This document shows positions 20,507 to 31,087 of a DNA stretch of 54,893 nucleotides, piece by piece. Below the pieces are notes generated by a model. The model saw nothing but the letters and a program-made list of their open reading frames with translations. It made no database searches and was not told the origin of the DNA. Origin of the DNA: a virus (lineage: Duplodnaviria; Heunggongvirae; Uroviricota; Caudoviricetes); the IMG/VR virus record IMGVR_UViG_2880378312_000013; one strand, given 5' to 3'. A program made the translations under genes and the position numbers. Within the stretch, counting starts at the first letter, position 1, and every line of letters begins with the position of its first letter.

Positions 20507-21555
20507 GAAATCGTCCCCAGTACCGCCAGTTCGTTTTTCGCAATGGAGATATTGTCCACCGGTGCAAGCAACTGATGGCTGTATTCCCCGTTCGCACCGG
20601 AAATCGCCTCACTGATACGCGATACCTTGAGTTCTCCCTGCGGATAACCATCACGCAGCAGGAACGAACGCAACTCCGCGGTAATGGCAGCCCGTATTTC
20701 CGGTGTGTCCGGCGTCACGCGGATATGAAAATCCACTTTATGCGCCACCGGCCTGAATACATACAAATCAGAGCCTGCCACCGGGGCCAGTGGCTCAATG
20801 TGTTGTCTTGCCGCCGTTTCCGTTGATTCTTCCGGAATGGGATTAATCAGGTCACTGCTGGCAATCATCACACCGACAGTTCCCGTTCCCATCCAGTGAC
20901 GGTATGTCCATGCGCGGGTAATGCCGGGCACTTCTTTAGCCCAGACAACATAGTCCCCGTCAGCCCCGCCCTGAGGCGTCCAGTAATACCGCTCAATGAC
21001 GCGGGCGCGCCACGTTTCCAGATCTTCAGTATCGAATCCGCCAGTCAGGGTATCTGCAACACCGGAAGACGGCAGACCATTCACCGGCGTGACCAGGATT
21101 AATGCCGTACCGTCGTCAGCGTTACCGACCGCGCCTGCACTTGAGCAGGCGATCGGCACGCGCAGGACACCACCGGAGCTGGTTGCATCAGCAGTTGCCG
21201 TGTACTGAACCAGGTCATCGCGCTGAATCACGCTCCCGGCGGTCACCTTCAGGCCATCGCTGACACCTTCCCAGCGCATATACCCGCTGGCAGCCGTGGC
21301 CCCCTTGCGCGGACACCGTTTCATCGCAGCATGTCGCGCCAGCCAGGACTCATCGCACAGGTCAGGCAGCATGTTCATTGCCAGATAATCGATGTAACCG
21401 TAAACCGTATGCAGCGCCGCCGCATACACCTTTGCCCGCACGTCTTCATCCATGCGCCGGAGCGTGTCGCTGACGTCCAGCCTGGCGAATAAATCGTTAC
21501 GGAGCATACTGATATTTTCTGCCAGCGTCGGGCGCTGAAATTCACTGTCCGCCAT
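20497..21555 (-). CDS. baseplate J-like protein
   Basis: 352 aa in conserved Mu-like baseplate gene order. Confidence 0.65.
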   Translation of the reverse strand: MADSEFQRPTLAENISMLRNDLFARLDVSDTLRRMDEDVRAKVYAAALHTVYGYIDYLAMNMLPDLCDESWLARHAAMKRCPRKGATAASGYMRWEGVSDGLKVTAGSVIQRDDLVQYTATADATSSGGVLRVPIACSSAGAVGNADDGTALILVTPVNGLPSSGVADTLTGGFDTEDLETWRARVIERYYWTPQGGADGDYVVWAKEVPGITRAWTYRHWMGTGTVGVMIASSDLINPIPEESTETAARQHIEPLAPVAGSDLYVFRPVAHKVDFHIRVTPDTPEIRAAITAELRSFLLRDGYPQGELKVSRISEAISGANGEYSHQLLAPVDNISIAKNELAVLGTISWT

Positions 21556-21970
21556 GCGTTATCGCACTCCACAGATCATCAAAAGAAATCATTACCGGTC
21601 CGTCACGACGCCAGAGGGTGATACTGTTACCCAGCTCATTAATCCCGGTGCGGCGGATATCCAGATCAATACGGGACACCACGCCGTCATCAATCATCCA
21701 TTGCAGGCATTCGCGGATATACCCCCTTACTGTCTGCACCAGCTGATTGGTCAGTTTGCTGCGCTGAAGCAGCCACAGTCGTGAGCCGTAACGGTCATTC
21801 TGTACCGCAGGCCAGGTATCCCCCCACCATCCCATCGGGACGTCGGCGTTGTCATCAGGCTCCGCCCGCCGCCAGGTAAACAGGGAAATCACCACGGCGC
21901 GGGTCAGCGGATCCAGCGGTGCGCTGGCGCAGGTGCGTTTACCGTTCACCGTCAGCCACAGTTCCATCAT
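21542..21970 (-). CDS. Mu gp46-like baseplate protein
   Basis: 142 aa; order and size. Confidence 0.5.
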   Translation of the reverse strand: MMELWLTVNGKRTCASAPLDPLTRAVVISLFTWRRAEPDDNADVPMGWWGDTWPAVQNDRYGSRLWLLQRSKLTNQLVQTVRGYIRECLQWMIDDGVVSRIDLDIRRTGINELGNSITLWRRDGPVMISFDDLWSAITHGGQ

Positions 21971-22515
21971 GCCTCCATCGCTTTATCCGGTTTGTCGGTG
22001 TTACTGCCCTGACCGTTCTCTCTGTGACGATGCCCGTTATAGGCAAGCCGCATCGCTGACATGGTAGTGCCGCTGGAGTCGCACAGGTCTTTCACCTGTC
22101 CTGTCACTTCCAGGTCCATTTCAAAACGTGCTTTAGGTGAATTGCGAAACGTGATCGTTTTACCTGCACCGTCCACCACGATCCCCTCCCGGGTCAGCGT
22201 CACAGACTGCCCCTGATCGTCATAGACAGCCACCTCACCCGTCTGCAACCCTTTCAGGCGGTAGCGCCGGTCCGACACCGTAACAACCACCGCATGAGAA
22301 CGGTCGCCATCCGGAAACAACACCACCGCTTCCGCGCCGCTGTTTGCCCTTGCGGTAAAACCGTAGGGTTCAAGATGTTCAACCCCGGCTTTGGGTTCAC
22401 CGGCAATCAGGGACACATCCACGGTCTGACATTTCGTGGCGGCACTGATGCTTTTCACCACTGCCCGCGCAATCAGGCCGAGAAGTTGTCGCTGCATGGC
22501 TTCAATCGTCCTCAT
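21967..22515 (-). CDS. baseplate assembly protein (gpV / Mu gp45-like)
   Basis: 182 aa; order and size. Confidence 0.55.
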   Translation of the reverse strand: MRTIEAMQRQLLGLIARAVVKSISAATKCQTVDVSLIAGEPKAGVEHLEPYGFTARANSGAEAVVLFPDGDRSHAVVVTVSDRRYRLKGLQTGEVAVYDDQGQSVTLTREGIVVDGAGKTITFRNSPKARFEMDLEVTGQVKDLCDSSGTTMSAMRLAYNGHRHRENGQGSNTDKPDKAMEA

Positions 22516-23594
22516 CAGAACGGGTCCTCCTGTACTCTGGCTTTTTTCTTTTTCCGCGCGCCGGGGGCTTCGGGTTCAGGCAGATAAGCATCAGGCGGGC
22601 CGACACGGATTTCCGTCAGGGTGCCGTTCTGGTCCTGAGTAAACGTGACTTCCGAGACAAGCAGTTCGGTATTGTCGAAACCACAGACTGGATCGAAGAC
22701 AATCACCCGCTGGTTGGGCTGCCACAGCGTACCGTTACCCTGTCGCCAGCCCTGCACCACATAGGTGGTTTCATCCGTCCGCGCCGCCCGTTGTCGGGCT
22801 TCAAAGTCAGCACGCGCAATACAGCCTGCCCCCGTGGCCTGCCCTGTCTGCCTGATATACATCGGACGGTAACGGGCAATAAATGCGTCCTCTGTGCGGG
22901 CCCGCAGCGCGGTGGTGGTGACCTCACCGAAATCATCGTCGTTTCCGGCACGCTGCCCCGCCACCTGGTAAACAGAAAACCGCTCCCGGATACTCTTCTC
23001 CGTATCACAGGAAAGGATGTTTTCCCCAAGTACCAGCGCGGTATGTGCCCGCGTTGAGCCAATACCGCCAATCACCAGCCTGCCGTGCGGATCGTCGTAA
23101 GCCAGCGCCTGCTGCTGACCGAGTATTTTGTTGATAACCTCAATCACCGTTTCACCGTGATCAGGCTGAACATCAGGAATAACACCCGACGGCGCACCGC
23201 TGTTCACCACCTCAATGCCGAAAGGCGCAGCAAGCGCCTGCGCAATCTGCACCAGCGAGCGTCCGTTAAACTGTGTCGGTTCGGCTGCACAGTCAATCAG
23301 GTCAGCCGTCAGACTACGTCCGGCAATACCGGTGCTGACCGAACGGGCATCGTAACGAACGGGAGTCGCCTCCACCCAGCCGGTGATCACCAGCTCATCA
23401 CCAATCAGCACTTCCACTTTTGAACCGTTTTTAATGCGCGGCTGAAGCGTGGTGATACCCTCATCTCCCGGCCACTGGCGAGTGATCTCCACACTGAAAT
23501 CCCGCGCCAGCCGTTCAATACCGGCACCGATGCGCACCGATGTCCAGCCATTCCACTCCCGGCCATTTACCCGTAGCGTGACATTGTCGTTCAT
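22515..23594 (-). CDS. Mu P-like tail protein
   Basis: 359 aa immediately downstream of the DNA circularisation gene. Confidence 0.65.
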   Translation of the reverse strand: MNDNVTLRVNGREWNGWTSVRIGAGIERLARDFSVEITRQWPGDEGITTLQPRIKNGSKVEVLIGDELVITGWVEATPVRYDARSVSTGIAGRSLTADLIDCAAEPTQFNGRSLVQIAQALAAPFGIEVVNSGAPSGVIPDVQPDHGETVIEVINKILGQQQALAYDDPHGRLVIGGIGSTRAHTALVLGENILSCDTEKSIRERFSVYQVAGQRAGNDDDFGEVTTTALRARTEDAFIARYRPMYIRQTGQATGAGCIARADFEARQRAARTDETTYVVQGWRQGNGTLWQPNQRVIVFDPVCGFDNTELLVSEVTFTQDQNGTLTEIRVGPPDAYLPEPEAPGARKKKKARVQEDPF

Positions 23595-24961
23595 TGCACT
23601 GGCACCTTCAGAGGGATCACCGGCACAAAGCCGGGATGCGTAATGGCATTACGCCGGATAATGTCCGCGTCACGCGCCGCGTTATCAAACCAGGTCGCCG
23701 CCAGCACCAGCGCGGGTAAAACCTCATCCGGCGTGCGCTGAATGATCCGTGCAGACTGTTCAAGGCGCGTGTTGATATCCGCATTCAGATCTGCTTTCAC
23801 CCGGCGCAGCGCCAGAAACAGCGCATCACTGGTTGTACGGGACAACTCCTTATCAATTGCCGTATTCAGTGTGTCGCGAATGTCGGTCAGTTCTTCCCAC
23901 GTTGGCAGGTCAACCGTGTTTTTCACCGCCGGTGCATTGTTCAGTGCCGGATGCGTGACAGAAGGCCAGCCGGTGCTCTGCGCGGGTGTTGTTGACTGCC
24001 CTACTGTGGCATTCTGCATCACCGCGGAAGTTGTGGGCGCAGGCAATCGTGTGACGGCATACGCCGCTTCGCTGATTGCAGTCGTACGAAGGGTGCTGGC
24101 AACCACGTTACGCTGCTGCGTCGCCGTGGCGGTAGTTTTACTGTCCGTTTTCCAGACGCCGCGCGGTTGCAGATCGCTGCCGAGGCTGACACCGGAAAGC
24201 GTTTTGATCATGGTGACCAGGTCGCTGGCGTTACCATAAAGGCGTTTCCCGGTACGCCACATTTTCTGCACCTGCTCAACGAAATTTTTGCCTGACGATG
24301 GTGGCGGCAGAAGTACCGAGATATCCCCCTGCAACAGCCTGGCGGCATCCGATACGGCAGAATCCACCACTTTCATCGCATCAGAAACATACCCAAGCAT
24401 TGTGCTGGCATTACCGACGACGTCGTTCTGCACAAAATCTGCCACGCCATCGATACTGAAACCACTGAAGCTGTCACTGATGCAGTCATCCAGTGCAGAA
24501 CAGGATGACATCAGCGTCTGCGCCGTCGCCGCACCTGAAGTGGGGTAAGAGAGTTCTCCCGCTTCGACAAACTTCAGGTCAAAGCGGACAATACGCCCTT
24601 CACTCTTCGATGTGCTGACCCGAACTTCCCCGTCAACACAGACTTTCAGCTCACCGTAAGTCGGATGGACAAGCGTGCCGGGACCGGGTTTATTCAGCGC
24701 GTCAATCAGGCGATCGCGCTGGTCAAAGCAGTCATCTCCCACCACATAAGCTGTGATGGACGGGCGGAAAGTGATTTTCCCCAGGTCTTCGGTATAGGGT
24801 TTGTCGCGGTTCGGGTATTCGTGCGTTTCCACACGACGACCGGTTCCCGCACTTTCTTCTTCAACCTTAAACGGCACACCGCGAAATGACGCGTCCTGAA
24901 GTCTGTCTTTCCACGTCATATAAACTCCGTACATAAAAAATCCCACCGGAGTGGGACTCAT
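23591..24961 (-). CDS. Mu N-like DNA circularisation protein
   Basis: 456-aa ORF after the tape-measure gene; N-terminal region resembles Mu N. Confidence 0.7.
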   Translation of the reverse strand: MSPTPVGFFMYGVYMTWKDRLQDASFRGVPFKVEEESAGTGRRVETHEYPNRDKPYTEDLGKITFRPSITAYVVGDDCFDQRDRLIDALNKPGPGTLVHPTYGELKVCVDGEVRVSTSKSEGRIVRFDLKFVEAGELSYPTSGAATAQTLMSSCSALDDCISDSFSGFSIDGVADFVQNDVVGNASTMLGYVSDAMKVVDSAVSDAARLLQGDISVLLPPPSSGKNFVEQVQKMWRTGKRLYGNASDLVTMIKTLSGVSLGSDLQPRGVWKTDSKTTATATQQRNVVASTLRTTAISEAAYAVTRLPAPTTSAVMQNATVGQSTTPAQSTGWPSVTHPALNNAPAVKNTVDLPTWEELTDIRDTLNTAIDKELSRTTSDALFLALRRVKADLNADINTRLEQSARIIQRTPDEVLPALVLAATWFDNAARDADIIRRNAITHPGFVPVIPLKVPVQ

Positions 24962-24979
24962 TAACAGATTAATTTTTCA

Positions 24980-26815
24980 TTACCTGCCAAAGCGCGTATA
25001 GCCAACATCATGGCTGACATCAAAACCGCTGGATCGCGTTTCCATAACCCGCATACCCGGAGGCGAATTCACAAAAGAGACCTTGATCTCACCATCAACT
25101 TTTGGCGCAGAAGCTTTGTTAATCATGAAGGGATTCGGGCCTGTGGCACCGGAGGCGTTGTTTGACTGAGCCGGATCTACCGCCTGATAAGGTGTGTATC
25201 CCCGTGCCGGTATTCCCGTCCCATAAGCATCATAAGCACCCGCGCCCCACTGCGCAGAGTTAATGGCATCGACCGTGTCACCGGAACTGTCGGTAAACCA
25301 CTCAATAATTGGCTTCAGTTTGTCCCACATATCCTGAAACCACTTAACAACCGGTCCCCAGTTATTGATTACCATCCCCAGCGGCGACCAGGCAAAAACC
25401 TTCTTCAGAAGTTCCCAGCCAGCCTCAAAATAAGGACCAATGGTTTCCCAGAGCTTCTTGAAATAAGGTCCGACAACATCCCAGTTAGTGATAATTAATC
25501 CCGCAGCCAGGGCTATCGCCGTCGCAATCATTCCAATCGGCGTCATCGACATGATCCTGCTGACAATACTGATGGCACCGCCAACGCCCATCAATCCCAG
25601 TTTCAGAATCGCAAGACCGGCAGCAAGCCCGACGACGCCGCGAATAACCCGGGGATTTTCATCCGCAAACTTCGTGAATTTTTCCCCTAACTCCCCCAGC
25701 CATTGCGTGATATTTTTGGCGTCACCAGAAAATGCGCCGCCAATAGCCGCAAGGCCGTTAGTTGCGGTCCCCGTCATTGCCTCCCACAGGTTGGACAGCG
25801 TACCAAGCTGGGCCTGAACACGTTTATTCAGGCTGGCCTGTTTATTCATCTTCTGCTGGATCTGATCGTAGCCATCCTTTCCTTTATCGATTAGTGCATT
25901 GACCACCTGAAGGGTTTCGGCATCATCACCAAATATTGCCTTAAGTACACCTGTTCGCTTAACGTCGGTCAGTTTTCGCAGCTTTGCCAGTTGCCTGAAC
26001 ATGTTATCAAGACCGCCAAAACTTCCTTTGCCGTCAGTAAAATCGAGCTGTACCCCGAGTTTCTGGCGGGCCATGATTTTATTGACGTCCCTGATTTTCT
26101 TAACGCTTAATCCGGACTGGATAACTTTTCGCAGGGCGTTACCTGCCGACTCCCCGTTCATCCCCATCTGATCCATCATGACGCTGATGGGGGCAAGGCT
26201 CTGTGCAGCCTGAAGACCGTCCTTGTTCACCATCTTCAGAACAGAGCTGGTTTTAGTGAAGAAGGACAACATGTTGGTATCGTCAACACCCAGATAAAAC
26301 GCCTTCTGGATAGTGTCGAACAGCCCCATCATGTCTTCTGACGCCGTTCCGGTAGCATCCTGCATCTTTGCAGCAAACTCAGCAGCCGCTTCCGGTGTTT
26401 TTTTCAGTTGTACCGCAAGATAAGCTGTCGCTTTACCCACACCGCCAAGAATGTTTTCTGCCGGGATCCCCTGACGCACCAGCATCTGCATCATGTTCTG
26501 GAAATCAGCCGTTGTACCGGGTAGCTGGTTACCCAGGCCAATAGCCAGTTTATTGATGTCCTGAAAGCTCTTTCCAACCTCGCCGTTCGCATCCATCATG
26601 GCGACTTTCAGCCCGGTGGCGGCGTTTTCCTGATCGGCATAAGATTTCAGGGAAAGCGTCAGACCCGCTGCCAGTCCGCCACCAAGCGCCAGCCCACCCT
26701 GTGACGCTTCTTCCGCCTGGCGTTTAAATCCCCGGATTTTCTTTTGCATTTTCGACAGCGCGGGAGAAAGCCTGTCGACACCGGTGATCAACGCCTTAAG
26801 CTCAAATTCCGCCAT
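24980..26815 (-). CDS. tail tape measure protein
   Basis: 611 aa, Ala/Gly-rich helical protein with hydrophobic central segment, downstream of a chaperone pair. Confidence 0.75.
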   Translation of the reverse strand: MAEFELKALITGVDRLSPALSKMQKKIRGFKRQAEEASQGGLALGGGLAAGLTLSLKSYADQENAATGLKVAMMDANGEVGKSFQDINKLAIGLGNQLPGTTADFQNMMQMLVRQGIPAENILGGVGKATAYLAVQLKKTPEAAAEFAAKMQDATGTASEDMMGLFDTIQKAFYLGVDDTNMLSFFTKTSSVLKMVNKDGLQAAQSLAPISVMMDQMGMNGESAGNALRKVIQSGLSVKKIRDVNKIMARQKLGVQLDFTDGKGSFGGLDNMFRQLAKLRKLTDVKRTGVLKAIFGDDAETLQVVNALIDKGKDGYDQIQQKMNKQASLNKRVQAQLGTLSNLWEAMTGTATNGLAAIGGAFSGDAKNITQWLGELGEKFTKFADENPRVIRGVVGLAAGLAILKLGLMGVGGAISIVSRIMSMTPIGMIATAIALAAGLIITNWDVVGPYFKKLWETIGPYFEAGWELLKKVFAWSPLGMVINNWGPVVKWFQDMWDKLKPIIEWFTDSSGDTVDAINSAQWGAGAYDAYGTGIPARGYTPYQAVDPAQSNNASGATGPNPFMINKASAPKVDGEIKVSFVNSPPGMRVMETRSSGFDVSHDVGYTRFGR

Positions 26816-27226
26816 GTGTGCGTTTCTCCTGCTCTATCCTGTTTGCCTGACTGACCAGCAAGGGAATTTCACTGATCGGCATATTCAGCAATTCGAAAGG
26901 ATTAATGCGCCAGTAGCTGGCGCAGTCAAAGAAGCGATCAGTGAGGTATTCAGCCGTCAGGCCTGGAGGAAAAAACCAGCCACAAGCCACGCCGCTGCAT
27001 TCAGGTCTGCCGGAGACATCTGGTCGACAGAGCTTTGCGGCACTTTCGCCAGCCGCACAATGTATTTCGACACCACATGCGCCAGAAGTCTGACTGACTC
27101 ATCCTGATTCATCTGGTAGGGATACCCCAGCTCGCGGACATCCTTCCCGGTGGGTTCATCAAACTCCAGTACGGAGAGTGTCTCGCCATGAGCAGTAATC
27201 GGTTTCTTTAACTCAAGCTCTTTCAT
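26802..27226 (-). CDS. tail assembly chaperone pair with candidate -1 frameshift extension
   Basis: 89-aa ORF (26957-27226) and overlapping 62-aa ORF (26802-26990) in the -1 frame; T_TTT_TTC heptamer lies in the overlap. Confidence 0.55.
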
Positions 27227-27582
27227 TACTGGTAATCCCCTTCTTCACCGTGGAACTCAAGATCAACCGTGCCTTCTTCGGCATTATGGTTCGCTTCGCC
27301 GTGCAGCCAGGCAGACGACAGTACATAGACCTGACCGTTCGCCAGCTCGGCAGTGATGGTCATCTCATCAGACGAGGTGATTTTGCTTACCGGAAAATTC
27401 TTCGGCACCTTGAAGGTCCCTTTGACATAAGGCGCACGGTGAGTTTCCTTGCGGTCCACTGAACCGTCCAGGCCGATGATGTCATCGTTAACCGTTTTGT
27501 TCATGGGCACCTCAATGCCGCCGGTCAGCGATAGCTGCTGACCGTCAATTTTGAAATAACAGGTTCCCCCGATACGGGCCAT
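27226..27582 (-). CDS. tail tube protein (Mu gpM-like)
   Basis: 118 aa directly downstream of the sheath gene. Confidence 0.7.
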   Translation of the reverse strand: MARIGGTCYFKIDGQQLSLTGGIEVPMNKTVNDDIIGLDGSVDRKETHRAPYVKGTFKVPKNFPVSKITSSDEMTITAELANGQVYVLSSAWLHGEANHNAEEGTVDLEFHGEEGDYQ

Positions 27583-29078
27583 TATGCAGACTCCTCTGAA
27601 TACTGAAGACGGAACTGATTAACCACGGCAAAGACACGCAGCTGGTTAACATAGTCAGGCGGGAACAGCGTGTTCAGGCGGTTCGGATCGCTGGCATCAC
27701 GCTCCACAACCAGGTACTGCTTAAACAGTTCGTAGTTTTCCACGATCCCCGCACGCTCAAGCTGACGGTAGGTTGCCAGCAGTTCCCCTTTGATCACCGC
27801 CGGGGTGACAATCGCCTGACCGGGACCAAAGCGGGTACCGTCACTGGCAAGCTTGTGACGCCCGTACTTACTGGTAATGACGGATTTCAGTTTGCGCAGT
27901 ACATACGCGCTGGTATGCAGCGTCTCACTGTCGAGGTAACTGTTATCCGCAACCCCGTAAGCGTTTTTCCTGTACGTGGTGACATCACGCTGAATGCGTA
28001 GTACCCCGCTTTCGACATACGCCGTTGCCACGCCATGAGACAGCAGGGTCTGTTGTTCGGTCATCGTGAACCGTTTCCCCTTCGGCGCAGGCAGCATACC
28101 CACCAGCTCACCGGTCTGCGTGGGACGTGCCGGATCGTTGCGGATAAACACCGCTGCGCGGGCGGTACGGCTTGCCGCCAGCTCGTCGGCAGGCGTCTGG
28201 GTCTCTTTTTCGTACCCCGCCAGGGTAATGTGCTGCTGGTTAAACTGGTCACCTGCGGTCACCAGTTCTGACAGCGTGCCGATCTTTGCCGTATACACAT
28301 GACCATACAGCTGACGCGCATAGCTCCAGCGACCGCTGGTATCGTTCATCTCGGTCACCAGCGTGTTAACGGAGGCCGTGTCGTTGAACGGCAGGCCGAT
28401 ATAATCAAACGGCTCATCCGCCATTGCAGCCACCGCGCCGGTGAGAACCGGAGCACCCGTTCCGGCGGTACCCGTCGCCACGGCAATCTGTACGCCCGCT
28501 GGCAGCACTTCGCCCCCACCAAAGCCGTAGTAATTGAGGCTGACAGGAATTTCATTCCCACAAAGCCCCTTATGACGCGCGGTCAGTGTGACCACGCCTG
28601 CCAAAGATGAAGCCGTAAACGGCAGGGTCGGAACGGCATTGATGGCATCCTGGATACTGCTGGCAATCATCGTGACGTTATCGCCGTTAGTCACCGGTGC
28701 CTGCACGCGGGTACGTCCTACATACACATTCACCGTGCCGGTTTCGGTTGCCGCCCCGGTCACCGTCAGCGTAACTGTTGCCGCCGCACCTGTGGATTCA
28801 GGAACGGCAATCACATACAGCTCGCCAAACGGGTCAGTCTGGCGATAAGCCTCGACCATACGCGCCAGCTGACTTCCCGCACCACAAATCTGGCGTGCAT
28901 AGTCTGCCGACGACATCAGTACCAGACTGTTGGCAACAATCTCTGCACCGTTATTGGCATGACCAATCAGCAGCGATGCTCCGCTGTCCTGTGCAGTATT
29001 CGCCGCCTGGTTATCCATTTCCGCATAAAACAACGGAACCAGCGTATTCGACGGAATGGTGTTAAAGCTTATCGTCAT
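27582..29078 (-). CDS. contractile tail sheath protein (Mu gpL-like)
   Basis: 498 aa; size, position and sequence character typical of myovirus sheath. Confidence 0.8.
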   Translation of the reverse strand: MTISFNTIPSNTLVPLFYAEMDNQAANTAQDSGASLLIGHANNGAEIVANSLVLMSSADYARQICGAGSQLARMVEAYRQTDPFGELYVIAVPESTGAAATVTLTVTGAATETGTVNVYVGRTRVQAPVTNGDNVTMIASSIQDAINAVPTLPFTASSLAGVVTLTARHKGLCGNEIPVSLNYYGFGGGEVLPAGVQIAVATGTAGTGAPVLTGAVAAMADEPFDYIGLPFNDTASVNTLVTEMNDTSGRWSYARQLYGHVYTAKIGTLSELVTAGDQFNQQHITLAGYEKETQTPADELAASRTARAAVFIRNDPARPTQTGELVGMLPAPKGKRFTMTEQQTLLSHGVATAYVESGVLRIQRDVTTYRKNAYGVADNSYLDSETLHTSAYVLRKLKSVITSKYGRHKLASDGTRFGPGQAIVTPAVIKGELLATYRQLERAGIVENYELFKQYLVVERDASDPNRLNTLFPPDYVNQLRVFAVVNQFRLQYSEESA

Positions 29079-29097
29079 CGGTGTTCACCTTTTTATT

Positions 29098-29232
29098 CAC
29101 GCGCCGGATATCACCCGCTGCTTCACGGCGCAGCCAGTAGTTGTTCTCGTCAACATTTCGCCCTTCGGCGGGCAAAAGGTCGCCGCGGGCAGGGTCAGGC
29201 ACTGACCGCCCTTTAACAGGTTTGACAAACAT
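29098..29232 (-). CDS. small conserved phage protein (about 44 aa)
   Basis: ATG-initiated short ORF between head-tail joining genes and sheath, below the ORF-track size cutoff. Confidence 0.3.
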
Positions 29233-29240
29233 GAGGATCC

Positions 29241-29801
29241 TCAGGAAGGAAGGGTTATTTCGGTGTGATGTTCGATATCGCCGTCAGGCCCGTTACCGGG
29301 CTCGAGATAATCAACATCAATCGCCAGCGTTTGCAGTTCATCCAGACTGTTCAGATCATCCTGCTGGCGGGTATCGTCTTCAGTCAGCTCGCTGATGACC
29401 GAAAAATCGAACTGATAAATCAGCTCATGACGATTCAGATCCAGCAGCGTGCCGCCGTCATAGGTAATCGGGTTACCGCACGCTTCCGGGTTCCAGCCCA
29501 GCAAGGCCTTAAAGAGCATCTGCCGGACATCGTCCACCACATCATACGAAGCAAACTGACCGAGCTCATCACGCCCGTTACTCAGTATGACAACCACGGA
29601 GAAGCCCTCTTTCAGCTCCTGCCAGTAGTCGGTCTGGCTTTTGTTTTCTCCCGGAGAGTCATCACCCGGTACCACATACGCCGCCGGGAGTCTCAGCTTT
29701 CCGACCTCCGGCAGATTTTTGAACTGTGCCGCGCCTGCCACCCGGTTTTCAAAATACGGGCAGCGGGCACGCAGCGCAGCAATAACAGGCGTCAGTTTCA
29801 T
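29241..29801 (-). CDS. phage structural protein (tail completion-like)
   Basis: 186 aa in the head-tail joining block. Confidence 0.45.
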   Translation of the reverse strand: MKLTPVIAALRARCPYFENRVAGAAQFKNLPEVGKLRLPAAYVVPGDDSPGENKSQTDYWQELKEGFSVVVILSNGRDELGQFASYDVVDDVRQMLFKALLGWNPEACGNPITYDGGTLLDLNRHELIYQFDFSVISELTEDDTRQQDDLNSLDELQTLAIDVDYLEPGNGPDGDIEHHTEITLPS

Positions 29802-30304
29802 CTGCGTCGTCGCTCAGGCTTCAGTGATTTACGTAATTCTCGCGCCAGAAAATAGCGTGTCCAGCTGCGGTTCTTTTCAAGCGTTTCCACCATAAAGTTA
29901 TTACGTGGAGCCAGCCGCCAGCCGCTGCCACCGGATGCACCACGATGATGACTACGACGACGTTTTGCTCCTCCCCGGACACCAAAAAACAGAAACGCCG
30001 GATAGAAGTCACCAGAGATCATCCGGTTCCCCTTCCCGTTGCGCTGGTTAGGGGCAATGCGTGTCATAAAACCGGCTCGCTTTTTACTGGCTCTCGGCAC
30101 CATGTAACCAATCGAACGAGCCAGGCGTCCGGTCTGATAACCGGGGTTTTCACCCGGTGCCGACCGCGCACGGCGCATCACCAGCCGACGGGCATCACGC
30201 ATATGACGCTGCCCAATCGTGACAAACGCCCGCCGGACACGGGCGCGGTTAAAGCGCATCTCGGCGGGCTGCTGAACATCAACGTGAAAAAAGGGAGTCG
30301 CCAT
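29798..30304 (-). CDS. HK97 gp10-like head-tail joining protein
   Basis: 168 aa, Arg-rich; position. Confidence 0.5.
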   Translation of the reverse strand: MATPFFHVDVQQPAEMRFNRARVRRAFVTIGQRHMRDARRLVMRRARSAPGENPGYQTGRLARSIGYMVPRASKKRAGFMTRIAPNQRNGKGNRMISGDFYPAFLFFGVRGGAKRRRSHHRGASGGSGWRLAPRNNFMVETLEKNRSWTRYFLARELRKSLKPERRRR

Positions 30305-30689
30305 TGCTGCCTCCGTGACTCTGCGTAAATTCGCCCAGTTCCGTACACTCCAGCAGCAGAAAGCGCCGCGCCCCGTTCAGATCGCGCTGACGTTTCACCC
30401 GGTACACACTGTCATCACAGACCACCTCATAATCAGCAGTGATCCCGCGGCGGTAGCGAATGGTGATGTAATGGGTGATGGCGTCCCCGGTCTGCGCGGT
30501 TTCCTGCCAGGTGGTGGCACTGGTCTGGATAACCTTCGCCCATGCCCGGAACGCAACCGGGTATTGAGGCTCCACGCCAAAGTTATCCGCGGGCATATCC
30601 ACCCGCTGGCGGATCAGGACGCGTTTATTCAGTTCGCCGGGGTCCGGCAGTATGTAGGTTGCGCTGGTCTGCGCCTGACGAATTTTCAT
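30279..30689 (-). CDS. head closure / head-tail adaptor protein
   Basis: 136 aa; position. Confidence 0.5.
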   Translation of the reverse strand: MKIRQAQTSATYILPDPGELNKRVLIRQRVDMPADNFGVEPQYPVAFRAWAKVIQTSATTWQETAQTGDAITHYITIRYRRGITADYEVVCDDSVYRVKRQRDLNGARRFLLLECTELGEFTQSHGGSNGDSLFSR

Positions 30690-31054
30690 AGTGGTATAAG
30701 GCGATAAGGAGCAACCAACCAGTTAAAACTCATTGGCAACTCCATTTTCTCAACGTCTGTAACCGTTGAGCGGTTTTCGTAGAAATGGCTGACAAGTAGC
30801 AGAAGTGCCAGCTTCACATCATCAGATATCACAAGCCCATCAGGATCATCCGCAGGCCTGTCATCTGCGGTTGCATACAACTTACGGTTAAGGAAGTTTT
30901 CCGTACGACTCTGAGCGGCCTTACCAAGCAGTTCAAGCAACTCATCTTCATCAGAGAAATCATCATCCAGACGGAGCTGAAGCTTAATCTCTTCCATTTT
31001 TAACAGCATAAAACCTCCTGTGCCCGCCAGAACGCGGGCACAAAAAAACCGCAT
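30686..31054 (-). CDS. gp6-like head-tail connector protein
   Basis: 122 aa acidic protein immediately after the capsid gene. Confidence 0.5.
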   Translation of the reverse strand: MRFFCARVLAGTGGFMLLKMEEIKLQLRLDDDFSDEDELLELLGKAAQSRTENFLNRKLYATADDRPADDPDGLVISDDVKLALLLLVSHFYENRSTVTDVEKMELPMSFNWLVAPYRLIPL

Positions 31055-31087
31055 TACGCGGCGTGCTGTATTACGTAAAAAGACTAA

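Noticed and set aside
29265-29855. Long plus-strand ORFs (for example 29265-29855, 31478-32005, 33604-34119, 3973-4467, 25488-25817) overlapping minus-strand phage genes
   Set aside because: They lie antisense to well-supported structural or primase genes and have low-complexity or Arg/Pro-rich translations; judged to be shadow ORFs.
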